Origin: the human T2T-CHM13v2.0 reference genome, Homo sapiens
Direction: 5' to 3' (one strand)
DNA: 64,000 bases
Assembly (NCBI RefSeq): GCF_009914755.1
Contig: NC_060937.1
Both the position numbers and the translations under genes were made by a program. Each line of letters opens with the position of its first letter. Within the stretch, counting starts at the first letter, position 1. Positions 28,865 to 44,399 of the stretch are shown piece by piece. The notes under the pieces are model-generated. The model made no database searches, was not told the DNA's origin, and worked only from the letters and a program-made list of their open reading frames with translations.

Positions 28865-29297
28865 GCTGTGTTGGAGAGGCTTCTCCAGAAAAACAGAACC
28901 AATAGGATGTGTGTGCACGCAAGTGTGTGTGCGTGCGCTTGCGTGTGTGTGTGTGTGTGTATGTGTTGAGAAAGATTTAAGGAATTGGCTCATGCAATCA
29001 TGCAGGCTGGCAAGTGCACAGTCTGCAGGGCAGGGGCCAGGCTGGGGACAAGGGAGCCTGAGGCAGTCTGTAGTCAGAGCTCCCTGCTTCTAAGGAAAGG
29101 TGGTTCTTTTCTCTTAAGACCTTCAGCGGATTGGATGAGGCCCACCCCATCGTGAAGGATAATCTGCTTTACTCAAAGTCGACTGATTTAAATGTTAATC
29201 TCATCTTTAAAATGCCTTCACAGCAATTTTCATATGTGTCTGACCAAATATCTGGTTGCTGTGTCCCAGACAAATTGACACTAGGATTAACCATTAC
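28865..29297 (-). mobile_element. MLT2-like ERVL LTR with (TG)n
   Basis: ttctccagaaaaacagaaccaatagga(TG)n...aaggaattggctcatg...gattggatgaggcccacc...caaattgaca...attaaccattaca. Confidence 0.75.
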
Positions 29298-30372
29298 AGC
29301 AGGAAGCCTTCCTTCCCTCCCGCCCAGCCAGCCCCAGGGCTTTTACCCTCCCGTGTCCTTTGCCCCAGCAATAGCTGGCTTTGCAAAGGGGAAGAGCGCT
29401 CCCCTCCCAGGAGTCAGTGCACTTTGAGAGAAGAGCAAGATTTTAAAATATAGCTTCGGAAACAGTCGCTAAGAAACTGCAGCGAGTGCAAGTATTTCCC
29501 TGTTGCTTTGTTGACTTGTTGCTTTGTTGCTTTGGGTTTGTTTTGTTTTTACTTCTAAATCAAACTTGCAGCCGCGAGTGGTGGCTCATGCCTGAAATCC
29601 TAGCATTTTGGGAGGCTGAGACAGGACGATCCTTTGAGGCCAAGAGTTTGAGACCAGCCTGGGCAACATAGCAAGCCCCTTGTCTCTAAGATAGATAGAT
29701 AAGTAAATAAATAAATAAATAAATAATAAATAAAACAGTTAAAAATTAACCAGGCGTGGTGACACACCTGCAGTTCCAGCTACTCAGGAGGCTGAGGCAG
29801 GAGGATCGCCTGAGCACAGGAGTTCAAGGCTGCAGTGAGCTAGGATCATGCCACTGTACTCCAGCCTAGGAGACAGAGTGAGATCCTGTCTCTCAAATTT
29901 TTTTTTAAAAAACCAAACTTCCATAAATAGCTGCTGTAAAAACTAGCCTCGAGCCGTAATGGGTGTCAGCATGCCCAGGATGCCTGCCTTCCCAGGTGTG
30001 TTTTTAGAGTTGAACTAGGTTCGAAATTCCTAGGTTCTCCATGTCACCAGGCACGGAGATTTGTTGCATCTACTCTCCAAATCATCCTCACCAAAGGTTC
30101 AGCACCTTCGACAAGAACTCACCTCTCTGGAAGCAGCCTCTTGACTAGACAGACTCACTGGAAGGAAGAAATCCTGAACTGTTTGTCAGATGTTAGCATT
30201 CTAGAGATACAACCATTCCACAGTTTTAGAGAAATGTTTTCAAAGACCCATGTCCCTGTCTTTGCAGCTCTGGTTTCTTAAATGGTAAGAAATGGCTGGG
30301 TGTGGTGGCTTATGCCTGTAATCCCAGCACTTTGGGAGGCCAAGGCGGGTGGATCACGAGGTCAGGAGTTCA

Positions 30373-30576
<204 letters not shown>

Positions 30577-30865
30577 TTAAAAAAAAAAAAAAAAAGGTAA
30601 GAAAGACATAAAATGTGTTAAATCCAGAGTCCCATTCCCTTGTCTGAAGTGTCAGCCTGTTGGCATTCCAGTGGTTATTTTTGCCCTGCAAGTATAAAAT
30701 TAAATAGAAAATTCTGAAGCTCTCTATTTATTTCTCTCTTTTCTCTTCTGCCTGCTTTGAATCTGCTATTATTAGGCTACTCATGTTGAGATAAAACTTA
30801 CTTCTCAAGGTTACTTGTAGAATTTGTTCTGGCTAAAATGTAAACCTTAGAAACTCACTTGAAAC

Positions 30866-31622
<757 letters not shown>

Positions 31623-31788
31623 AAACTGAAGGCAGTGATAAGAAAAAAAAAAAGCTTTTTAAAAACCAAATTTCCATAAAGATTACTTTACCCAAAATTT
31701 TGGTCCACAGCTCTCCTTGGATTACTGATTGGATGTCTGGGTCATTTTCAATTAAGGAAAGTTTAGGATACCGGAAAACATATCTCTA

Positions 31789-31947
<159 letters not shown>

Positions 31948-32373
31948 TTAGCTGAGCATGGTGCTGCTCACCTGAAATAAGGAAGAAAGGAGCCAGTAAG
32001 TAGGGAAGAGAAAGATGTGATGAAAGTTATGGATGTGGGCCAGGCACCATGGCTCATGCCTGTAGTCCCAGCACTTTGGGAGACTGAGGTGGCCAGATTG
32101 CTTGAGGAGTTTGAGACCAGCCTGAGCAACATGGTGAAACCCTGTCTATGCAAAAAATTACAAAAATTAGCAGGGTGTGGTGGTTCATGCCTGTAGTCCC
32201 AGCTACTTGGGAGGCTAAGGCAAGAGGATCACTTGAACCCTGGAAGCGGAGGTTGCAGTGAGTCGAGATGGTGACACTGCACTGCAGCCTGGGCGACAGA
32301 GCAAGACTCCATCTCAAAAAAAAAAGAAAAGAAAAAGTAAAAGAAAAAGGATCTTGTATGGTAAATTATTGTC

Positions 32374-33958
32374 CTACGTTGGTGCAAAAGTAATTGCAGT
32401 TTTGGACCGTAAATTTTAAATCATTATAACAAGGCTCAAATACATCTTTATTAATCAAAATAGGAACCATTACAATCAACACATTTTTGCCAACGAAAAA
32501 TAAATTTGTTTATTCCTGTAGCATAAAAATCCATGCTTTGGGATTTGACGAACTCTTGGAAAGCACTTTCTGCATGCTGCTGGTTGTGGAAGCGTTTTCC
32601 CTGCAAAAAGTTGTCGAGATGCTTGAAGAAGCGGTAGTCAGTTGGTGAGAGGTCAGGTGAATATGGCGGATGAGGCAAAACTTCACAGCCCAATTTGTTC
32701 CACTTTTGAAGTGTTGGTTGTGTGACGTGCGGTGGGGGCGCTGCGGTGGAGAAGAATTGGGCCCTTCCTGTTGACCAATGCCGGCTGCAGGCGTTGCAGT
32801 TTTCGATGCATCTCTTCGATTTGCTGAGCATACTTCTCAGATGTAATGGTTTCACTGGGATTCGGAAAGCTGTGGTGGATCAGACTGGCACAGACCACCA
32901 GACAGTGACCAGGACCTGTTTTTCGTGCAAGTTTGGCTTTGGGAAGTGCTTTGGAGCTTCTCGGTCCAACCACTGAGCTGGTTGTTGCCAGTTGTGTAAG
33001 ATCCACTTTTCATCTTACATCACAATCAGATCAAGAAATGGTTCACTGTTGTTGTGGAGAATAAGAGAAGATGACTCTTCAAAATTACAATTTTTTTGAT
33101 TCTCGCTCAGCTCATGAGGCACCCACTTATTGAGCTTTTTCACCTTTTCAATTTGTGTCAAATGTTGATTGACTGTAGAATGGTTGACGTTGAGTTCTTT
33201 AGCAGCTTCTCGGGTAGTTGTAAGAGGATCGGCTTCAATGATTGCTCTCGGTTGTTGTCAACTTCCGATGGCCGGCCACTACGCTCCTCATCTTCAAGGC
33301 TTTTGTCTCCTCTTCAAAACTTCTTGACTCACCACTGCACTGTGTGTTCATTAGCAGTTCCTGGGTCAAATGCATTGTTGATGTTGCAGGTTTTCTCCGC
33401 TGCTTTACTATCCATTTTGAACTCAAATAAGAAAATTGTTTGAGGCCGGGCGCGGTGGCTCATGACTGTAATCCCAGCACCTTGGGAGGCTGAGGTGGGC
33501 GGATCACAAGGTCAGGAGATCGAGACCATCCTGGCTAACACTGTGAAAGCCCGTCTCTACTAAAAATACAAAAAACTAGCCGGGCGTGGTGGTGAGCGCC
33601 TGTAGTTCCAGCTACTCAGGAGGCTGAGGCAGGAGAATGGCATGAACTCGGGAGGCTGAGCTTGTAGTGAGCCGAGATCTCACCACTGCACTGCAGCCTG
33701 GGCAACAGAGCAAGACTCTGTCTCAAAAAAAAAAAAAAAAAAGAAAAGAAAATTGCTTGAATTTCCTTTTTGTCTAACATTATTTCCATAGTCTTAAATA
33801 AATATATAATAAAGCAGCAAGTAATAAGTCATTAGCAAAAAAAAGTGAGAAATGTGCATTAAAATGACGTATAGCATGACTGCATGTATTTAAGAATATA
33901 TTATCAAACGGCAAATTTCAACAATGCAAAAACCGCAATTACTTTTGCACCAACCTAA
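32374..33958 (-). mobile_element. Near full-length Hsmar1 mariner transposon (defective transposase), with an AluY inserted at about 33444-33745
   Basis: Both TIRs present (ttggtgcaaaagtaattgc...); translation PHPPYSPDLSPTDYRFFKHLDNFLQGKRF...WQKCVDCNGSYFD matches the Hsmar1/SETMAR transposase C-terminus; frameshifts; Alu TSD aagaaaattg(t/c)ttga. Confidence 0.95.
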
Positions 33959-34166
33959 TATTTACAAAAGAGGGAAGTTTAGGACAAGTCAGAAAGTCCA
34001 AGCATTGCCCGAATGCAGTGCCTCACACCCAGAATCCCAGCACTTTGGGAGGCTGAGGCAGGAGGATTGCTTGAGCCATTTCGTAGATGGTCTGTGTAAG
34101 TTGTCATAAGGTTTGCAAATGGGAATTTAGGAAAGAAATTTTGTCTGCGATTAACTTGGTTATAAT

Positions 34167-35948
34167 AATTATTATTTTTTTTGTGTGTGTTTCTTTTTTT
34201 TTTTAAATGATTATTTTTAAATTTATTCTGTTAATTTGGTAGACTATGTTGATTGGTTTTCAAATTTTTTTTTATTATTTATTTATTTATTTATTTATTT
34301 TTATTGATCATTCTTGGGTGTTTCTCGCAGAGGGGGATTTGGCAGGGTCACAGGACAATAGTGGAGGGAAGGTCAGCCAATAAACAAGTGAACAAAGGTC
34401 TCTGGTTTTCCTAGGCAGAGGACCCTGCGGCCTTCCTCAGTGTTTGTGTCCCTGGGTACTTGAGATTAGGGAGTGGTGATGACTCTTAACGAGCATGCTG
34501 CCTTCAAGCATCTGTTTAACAAAGCACATCTTGCACGGCCCTTAATCCATTCAACCCTGAGTGGACACAGCACATGTTTCAGAGAGCACAGGGTTGGGGG
34601 TAAGGTCACAGATCAACAGGATCCCAAGGCAGAAGAATTTTTCTTAGTACAGAACAAAATGAAAAGTTTCCCATGTCTACCTCTTTCTACACAGACACGG
34701 CAACCATCCGATTTCTCAATCTTTTCCCCACCTTTCCCCGCTTTCTATTCCACAAAACCGCCATTGTCATCATGGCCCGTTCTCAATGAGCTGTTGGGTA
34801 CACCTCCCAGATGGGGTGGTGGCCAGGCAGAGGGGCTCCTCACTTCCCAGTAGGGGTGGCCGGGCAGAGGCGCCCCTCACCTCCCGGACGGGGCGGCTGG
34901 CCGGGCGGGGGGCTGACCCCTCCACCTCCCTCCCGGACGGGGCGACTCGCTGGGAGGGGGGCTGACCCCCCCACCTCCCTCCCGGACGGGGCGGCTGGCC
35001 GGGCAGAGGGGCTCCTCACTTCCCAGTAGGGGTGGCCGGGCAGAGGCGCCCCTCACCTCCTGGACGAGGCGGCTGGCCGGGCCGGGAGCTGACCCCCCCA
35101 CCTCCCTCCCGGACGGGGCGGCTGCCAGGCGGAGACGCTCCTCACTTCCCAGACGGGGTGGCTGCCGGGCGGAGGGGCTCCTCACTTCTCAGACGGGGCG
35201 GCTGCCGGGCGGAGGGGCTCCTCACTTCTCAGACGGGGCGGCCGGGCAGAGATGCTCCTCACATCCCAGACGGGGTGGCAGGGCAGAGGCGCTCCCCACA
35301 TGTCAGATGATGGGCGGCCAGGCAGAGACGCTCCTCACTTCCTAGATGGGATGGCGGCCGGGAAGAGGTGCTCCTCACTTCCTAGATGGGATGGCGGCCG
35401 GGCAGAGACGCTCCTCACTTTCCAGACTGGGCAGCCAGGCAGAGGGGCTCCTCACATCCCAGACGATGGGCGGCCAGGCAGAGACACTCCTCACTTCCCA
35501 GACGGGGTGGCGGCTGGGCAGAGGCTGCAATCTCGGCACTTTGGGAGGCCAAGGCAGGCGGCTGGGAGGTGGAGGTTGTAGCGAGCCGAGATCACGCCAC
35601 TGCACTCCAGCCTGGGCACCACTGAGCACTGAGTGAACGAGACTCCGTCTGCAATCCCGGCACCTCGAGAGGCTGAGGCTGGCGGATCACTCGCGGTTAG
35701 GAGCTGGAGACCAGCCCGGCCAACACAGTGAAACCCCATCTCCACCAAAAAAATACGAAAACCAGTCAGGCGTGGCGGCGCGCGCCTGCAATCGCAGGCA
35801 CTCGGCAGGCTGAGGCAGAAGAATCAGGCAGGGAGGTTGCAGTGAGCCGAGATGGCAGCAGTACAGTCCAGCTTCGGCTCGGCATCAGAGGGAGACTGTG
35901 GAAAGAGAGGGAGAGGGAGACCGTGGGGAGAGGGGAGAGGGGAGAGGC
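34167..35948 (-). mobile_element. SVA retrotransposon with 3' extra sequence
   Basis: CCCTCT-type head (about 35900-35947), Alu-like region, GC-rich VNTR (about 34800-35520), SINE-R and poly(A); 14-bp TSD aacttggttataat at 34153-34166 and 35949-35962. Confidence 0.96.
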
Positions 35949-35979
35949 AACTTGGTTATAATTAAAAGGAAATTGGCTA

Positions 35980-36252
<273 letters not shown>

Positions 36253-37120
36253 TTAGAAAAAAATTTAAAAAAAAATGTTTTAATGGACTTTTTAAAAAAG
36301 GAAATCATTTATAATAGTCCTGTATGTTAAAACAAAGCTTCTTTAAAGTATTGATTTGCTCTCAATAAAATTAATTGAACTTCTGCTTTTCATAATAATT
36401 CTATAATCTGTTTCTGCCTTTTCTCTGTTGAGAAGGCCTGAGATGGTAACTCAGCCTTTTTGTCAGCTCTTGTAACTTTTTTCTTCTGGTTTCAATTTTA
36501 CTGTTACGGCCTAAGGCTGAAATGTTTTATCTTGAAGGTCAAAACAGAAAACATTGTTTTCCTCCGTTCTGTACTCTAGGCTTTTTTTGATATGTCTAAA
36601 TTTTCAGTGTAATCAAGAAACTTCTCATGCTGTTCCTAAGAGTCATGTATTCCCGTGGTATGCTCATAACCTTGAACACACTCTTCCTGTGTCTGATTAA
36701 ATTCCAGTACTTTTTCATCAAACTTGACTTCCAGGTTATCTAAGTGGGCTTCTCATAAGGAGAAGCAGTCACTGCAGATTTTTCTTTGCTTTTTTGGTAA
36801 CTGGCTTAAGAGACAAGATTTTATAATTCTCATGCTGTCTTTATTAGGTTTTTGATTGCAAAATCTGAAATGTAAAAGGGTCAAGGTTTTTACATCCGTA
36901 TTACCTTCTGTATTGCCTTTAAAGTCTTTTGATTATCACTTTTGTTAAGTAAGTAACTATTATTTTACAATGACCTGTGCTTCTGTTTGGATCAGATGTT
37001 TTGAGCCTTTTAACATCTTTAATAAACGTCCTCAAAATCAAAATCCTAAATTAAGTCTCTGAGGTGTCTTATTGCTGGGGCTTATTAAATCTATAAAAAT
37101 TAATTGCTGCAAGGTTGTAG

Positions 37121-37300
<180 letters not shown>

Positions 37301-37902
37301 TAGTAGAGACGGGGTTTCACCATGTTGGCCGGGCTGGTCTCGAACTCCTGACCTAGAGATCCGTCCGCCTCGGCCTCCCAAAGTGCTGGGATTACAGGCG
37401 CGAGCCACCTCGTCCGGCTGTGAACATTTTTACAGCTTCCAGTCAGACCATGAACTCCACTATCACCACCTCTGGCCTGATAATTACATTTACTGGAAGC
37501 AAATCAGCTGAAGAACTCCCTTAGCCCCTTGAGGGAGTCCTTATCGGGGTCTATTAACTAATTTTCGTGCTGTTAAGTTGCAGGGCCTTGACTCCTGGGT
37601 ACACATGTCGCATCTGAAGAACGCACTGACTCCTACCAGAAACTGACACCAAACTCAAGATGACCAAAGCCTCATCTTTAGACCTGGGCAAAGGTGACAC
37701 TCAAAGTAAACTGCTTTCATGAAACACAGGGACAGGCCTGTATTCAAATACATTAAGGTTCATTTAGGCTGGGCGCAGTGGCTCACGCCTGTAATCCCAG
37801 CACTTTGGGAGGCCGAGGTGGGTGGATCCACGAGGTCAGGAGATCGAGACCATCCTGGCTAACAAGGTGAAACCCCGTCTCTACTAAAAATACAAAAAAT
37901 TA

Positions 37903-38175
<273 letters not shown>

Positions 38176-38722
38176 TTAAAATGTTTTTAGCTCCTTGCGT
38201 TTGTTGTGCCTCCAGAATTTGAACTATACAATCCCTCCAGGCCCAGCATAAGATTGTAAGGGCCAATTCTGAGGAATAAAATTAATTCAGATCCTCCAAC
38301 TGAATTAATGGATTCAGTCATTAATGGTCACAGAGATGCCTCAGCAGCTTAACAAAATGCTTGTGTTTTGTATAGCTAATTGCTACAAACCAGATTATGG
38401 TGGCTCAATGCACATAATTTATAAATAAGTCAATTATGTTACCTTGTCTTTTGGCTTTTGGTTTTTGGTTCTTATGTTGCTTAAAAGAGATTCGAAGGTT
38501 AATGAGTGCCTGCGCACTTCCATTCCATTTGGCTTAGAATAATTAATTGGTTATAAGTCTTTTGACTCTAAGTCCCTTAGCCGTAGGGGTCCCACTGAGG
38601 GACATGATAGACCTGGCACAGGTAGCACACCCCCCCCTCCCCCCGCCCCCGGCATCAATATGGGACAAAATAAAAGCTTGGCCATTGACACTGCCTCTGG
38701 CATACCTTTACAAAAAGCGGAC

Positions 38723-38905
38723 TATAAACTAAAAAAAATCTGCATCCTCCCTAGTAGAATGGACACGCCTCTTGCCCAAAGGGGATCCAATTAAAAAAAA
38801 AAAAAAAAACCTGAAAAACTAGTTCAGGCCATGATGGAAAGCTGGGGGTCAGACACGCCTCACTCCACTTTCCCCCATGCCTTGGAATTCAGGCACAAAT
38901 GACCA
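38723..38905 (+). mobile_element. Truncated MER4-type LTR (5' portion)
   Basis: cctgaaaaactagttcaggccatgatgg...gtcagacacgcctca...ggaattcaggcacaaatgaccag. Confidence 0.7.
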
Positions 38906-38959
38906 GGCAAAATGCCTTTGCACCCTCGAAAAGAAAAACCCTCCTGCTGATTTTATGTG

Positions 38960-39250
38960 GGATGCTGTTAAAGCTGCTGTACCTTCTAGTACCTGGTTTT
39001 TACCACTTTTGGGCCCGTTAAGGGTGAGCTCATCATTGTTAATATTTGGCCCATGCATATTCAACTTGCTTGTAAAGTGCCTGTCTCTGGTTACAGCAGA
39101 TCTAGGTAAAGGTGATCTTCAAGCTAGGGTTCCAGCTGCTTCCTGTCTTGGAATCAGACGCTCCTGCTGTCCCCTGGGGACCCTTAGATCAAGCAGCTGG
39201 AGATTCCCATGCCCCCGGTAGGCAGGGCCAGTGCTCTTAAATCAGCAGGA
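38960..39250 (+). pseudogene. ERV1 env transmembrane-subunit C-terminal remnant
   Basis: WFLPLLGPL...LLIFGPCIFNLLVK resembles the gamma-type env membrane-spanning motif (compare LPFLGPL...LLFGPCIFNLLV of HERV-W Env). Confidence 0.75.
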
Positions 39251-39655
39251 AGATGACACGGAAGACTGACCTCCTCCCTCATCTCCCTCAAGAATAAGGG
39301 ATGGAATGGCTGAGCACGGTAGGTGGCTCATGCCTGTAATCCCAGCACTTTGGGAGGCCAAGGTAGGCAGATCGCTTGAGCTCAAGAGTTTGAGACCACC
39401 CTGCACAACATGGCAAAAACCCATCTCTACCAAAAATACAAAAATTAGCCGGGCGTGGTAGCACACACCTGTGGTCCCAGATACTCAGGAAGCTGAAGTC
39501 TGAGGATCGCTGGAGCCTGGGAAGGGGAGGCTGCAGTGAGCCATGATTATGCCACTGCATCCCAGCCTGGGTAACAGAGTGAGACCCTGTCTCAAAAAAA
39601 GAAAGAAAGAAAATAAATAAAAGAAGAAGGGATGGAAATCTCCAAGGGGGAAAAT

Positions 39656-40143
39656 GAAATGGGAATAGCACTGGGTGGTCACAGGAGGATGGAAAAACCC
39701 AAACAACAGCTAGAATAAGAACGAGGCAAAGAAACCGCAGGTTAACAGAAAACCCAAAATAAGGAAGAGAAAATGGTCAAATCCTGGTCAGGGTGATATG
39801 TCCATGATCCTGGGAAAACTTGAATAAGGGTAAAAGTCTGTGGTAATGGGGGGAGGGAGTCCCTGAAATCACTCCTTTTCCAGAATACCTTATGATTATT
39901 CCACCCCCTAATTAAAAAAAAATCCATAAAATTAGAAACTCAAACTCTGATGTGACTCACTCTGCTGAGCACGCCCGCAATTCTCTTTTACGTGTGTGCT
40001 TTCGCTTTGCAGTAAAAGCTTCTTGCCTTTCGTTTCATTCTGACGTGTCCCTGAATTCTTTCTCATGCTGGTGTCAAGAACTTGGAAACTGGCTGGGGCT
40101 GGGGTCTCAGTGGCATCCAGAGACCCTCCGGAGACCTCCGACA
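39656..40143 (+). mobile_element. ERV1 3' LTR, family not assigned
   Basis: Polypurine tract aagggggaaaa immediately before TG; agtaaaagct poly(A)-like signal; ccctgaattctttctc...caagaac U5 motif; ends in ...gaca. Confidence 0.65.
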
Positions 40144-40559
40144 GCTGTAGGTGATTGGGGGCGCCAATCACATAGGGGTCGGAGAGTGATGGAATGCACC
40201 TTAATTTTAATCTGAGTGTCATGGAAAACAGTTGGATGGTTCTATGCAGAGGAGTGACATGATCTGACTTATAGGAAAGATCATTCTATTGCTGTAGGAA
40301 AGCAGGGAGGTTAATTTATTAACAGAAGGTATTATGGGTTGAGTTGTGTCTCCTCAGAATATGTTAAATCCTAACCCCTAGTACCTGTGACTATAACCGT
40401 AACTGGAAGTGAGGTCTTTATAGATTATTGAATTAAGATGAGATGAGATCATTAGGGTGGGCCCTACTCCAATATGACTGGTGTCCTTAAAGGAGAGGAA
40501 AATCCCACGTGAGGACAAGGAGACCATCATGTGATGACAGAGGCAGAGGCTGGGGAGGG

Positions 40560-41642
<1,083 letters not shown>

Positions 41643-41976
41643 CTCATGCAGCAGACTATTGCCATCATCCAGGCCACACACTGTTAAATGGAAAAACCTT
41701 AGACACGTGTATGTTTTAACTGAGTGTATTTGAGCAAAACAAAACAGATTCCCGAATGGGGCAGCCCTCCAAACCAGAGCAGATAAGAGAACTCCAATCA
41801 GGAACCTGATCTGACAGCACCTATAGGAAACAGAAGTGTGTGATGGAGACAGCTAATTTGATTATAACTTCATTGCTTAACTGGTTACAGAGTTTCCTGC
41901 CATGAAGTAAAGCTCAGTTACTGTAGTTAAACTCCTTACTGGTTTGGTCTGGTAGGTGTAGTTCAGGGTTTCACTC

Positions 41977-43422
<1,446 letters not shown>

Positions 43423-44226
43423 TGTTGAGCCATCCTTTCACCTCAGCCTCTCAAGTAGCTGGACTACAGGTGTGCCACACCATCCCCTGCTAATTTTCCA
43501 AAAAAATTTTGGTAGAGAAGGGGGTCTCCTTATGTTGTCCAGGCTGGTCTCAAACTCCTGGGCTCAAACGATCCTTCCATCTTGGCCTCCCAAAGCATTG
43601 GGATCACACGCGCGAGCCACCGCACCTGGCCCCACAAGTTTCTTTTAGCACCATGACGGTGGCTTCAAATAGGGCGGCAGTGGAGGTAAGAGGCCATCAG
43701 CCACAGGAGGAGCGTGGGTGGGAGGGCAGGAGAGGTCAGAATGCCTTCCAGGGGTTTGGGCCTCAGCGTTGGAGTGATGGAGCTGCCCTGACCTGAGACG
43801 GTGGAAAGCGAAGGGGCCTCGCAGCGAGCTGGTTTGGGGTTCAGGGCAGAGGTTGCGCCTGGAGCAGAAAGGCACCTGACTGCTATACTGGGGGCACATA
43901 GTGGGCCTCGGCACTCCACCTGCCAGCAAAATCATTTTCTATAACGCCGCAAGCCTAAAAATGGGCCGATAAACACAAACCAGACCCTGAACCAGATCGT
44001 TGTTAACTCTTCAACCTGCCTTCCAGCCGAACCTCCTAGGCCAGAGCTGGGACCAGGCCGGGTTGGGCGTCGCGCTTGTCAATCATCTAGAACCGGGTGT
44101 GATTGAGCGAGTTGGGATCCCACTGCCGACAGCCGCGCGGAGGCGGTCGGGAAACCGGAAAACGCTTCCAATGGCTGTGTTTCCGGCGACGGCGCGGGGG
44201 CAGCTGGGAATCCGGAATGCTGCCCG

Positions 44227-44272
44227 ATGGCCCTGGGTCCTCGCTGTGGGGCAATCCGGGCTTGCAGACGAG
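44227..44272 (+). CDS. NAXD: NAXD alternative first coding exon 1a (Arg-rich mitochondrial-targeting type N-terminus)
   Basis: ATG at 44227 encodes MALGPRCGAIRACRR+G, ending at the donor GAG|gtaagg. Phase 1 joins exon 2 (G|TT=Val) to give ...[14 protein letters not shown], the recognised NAXD/CARKD N-terminus. Confidence 0.93.
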
Positions 44273-44299
44273 GTAAGGTCGATTCCATTTGGCCCGGGG

Positions 44300-44399
44300 A
44301 TGGTCACACGCGCGGGGGCCGGAACTGCCGTCGCCGGCGCGGTCGTTGTCGCATTGCTCTCGGCCGCACTCGCGCTGTACGGGCCGCCACTGGACGCAG
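44300..44399 (+). CDS. NAXD: NAXD alternative first coding exon 1b (hydrophobic signal-peptide type N-terminus)
   Basis: gggATGG encodes MVTRAGAGTAVAGAVVVALLSAALALYGPPLDA+G, ending at the donor CAG|gtaccc. Phase 1, compatible with exon 2. Confidence 0.9.

Noticed and set aside
32451-33430. Transposase ORF fragments as a functional SETMAR-like gene
   Set aside because: Frameshifted, interrupted by an AluY, and there is no SET domain.
38877-39221. 114-aa ORF as a syncytin-like gene
   Set aside because: Only a short degenerate TM tail, with no signal peptide, SU, furin site or fusion peptide.
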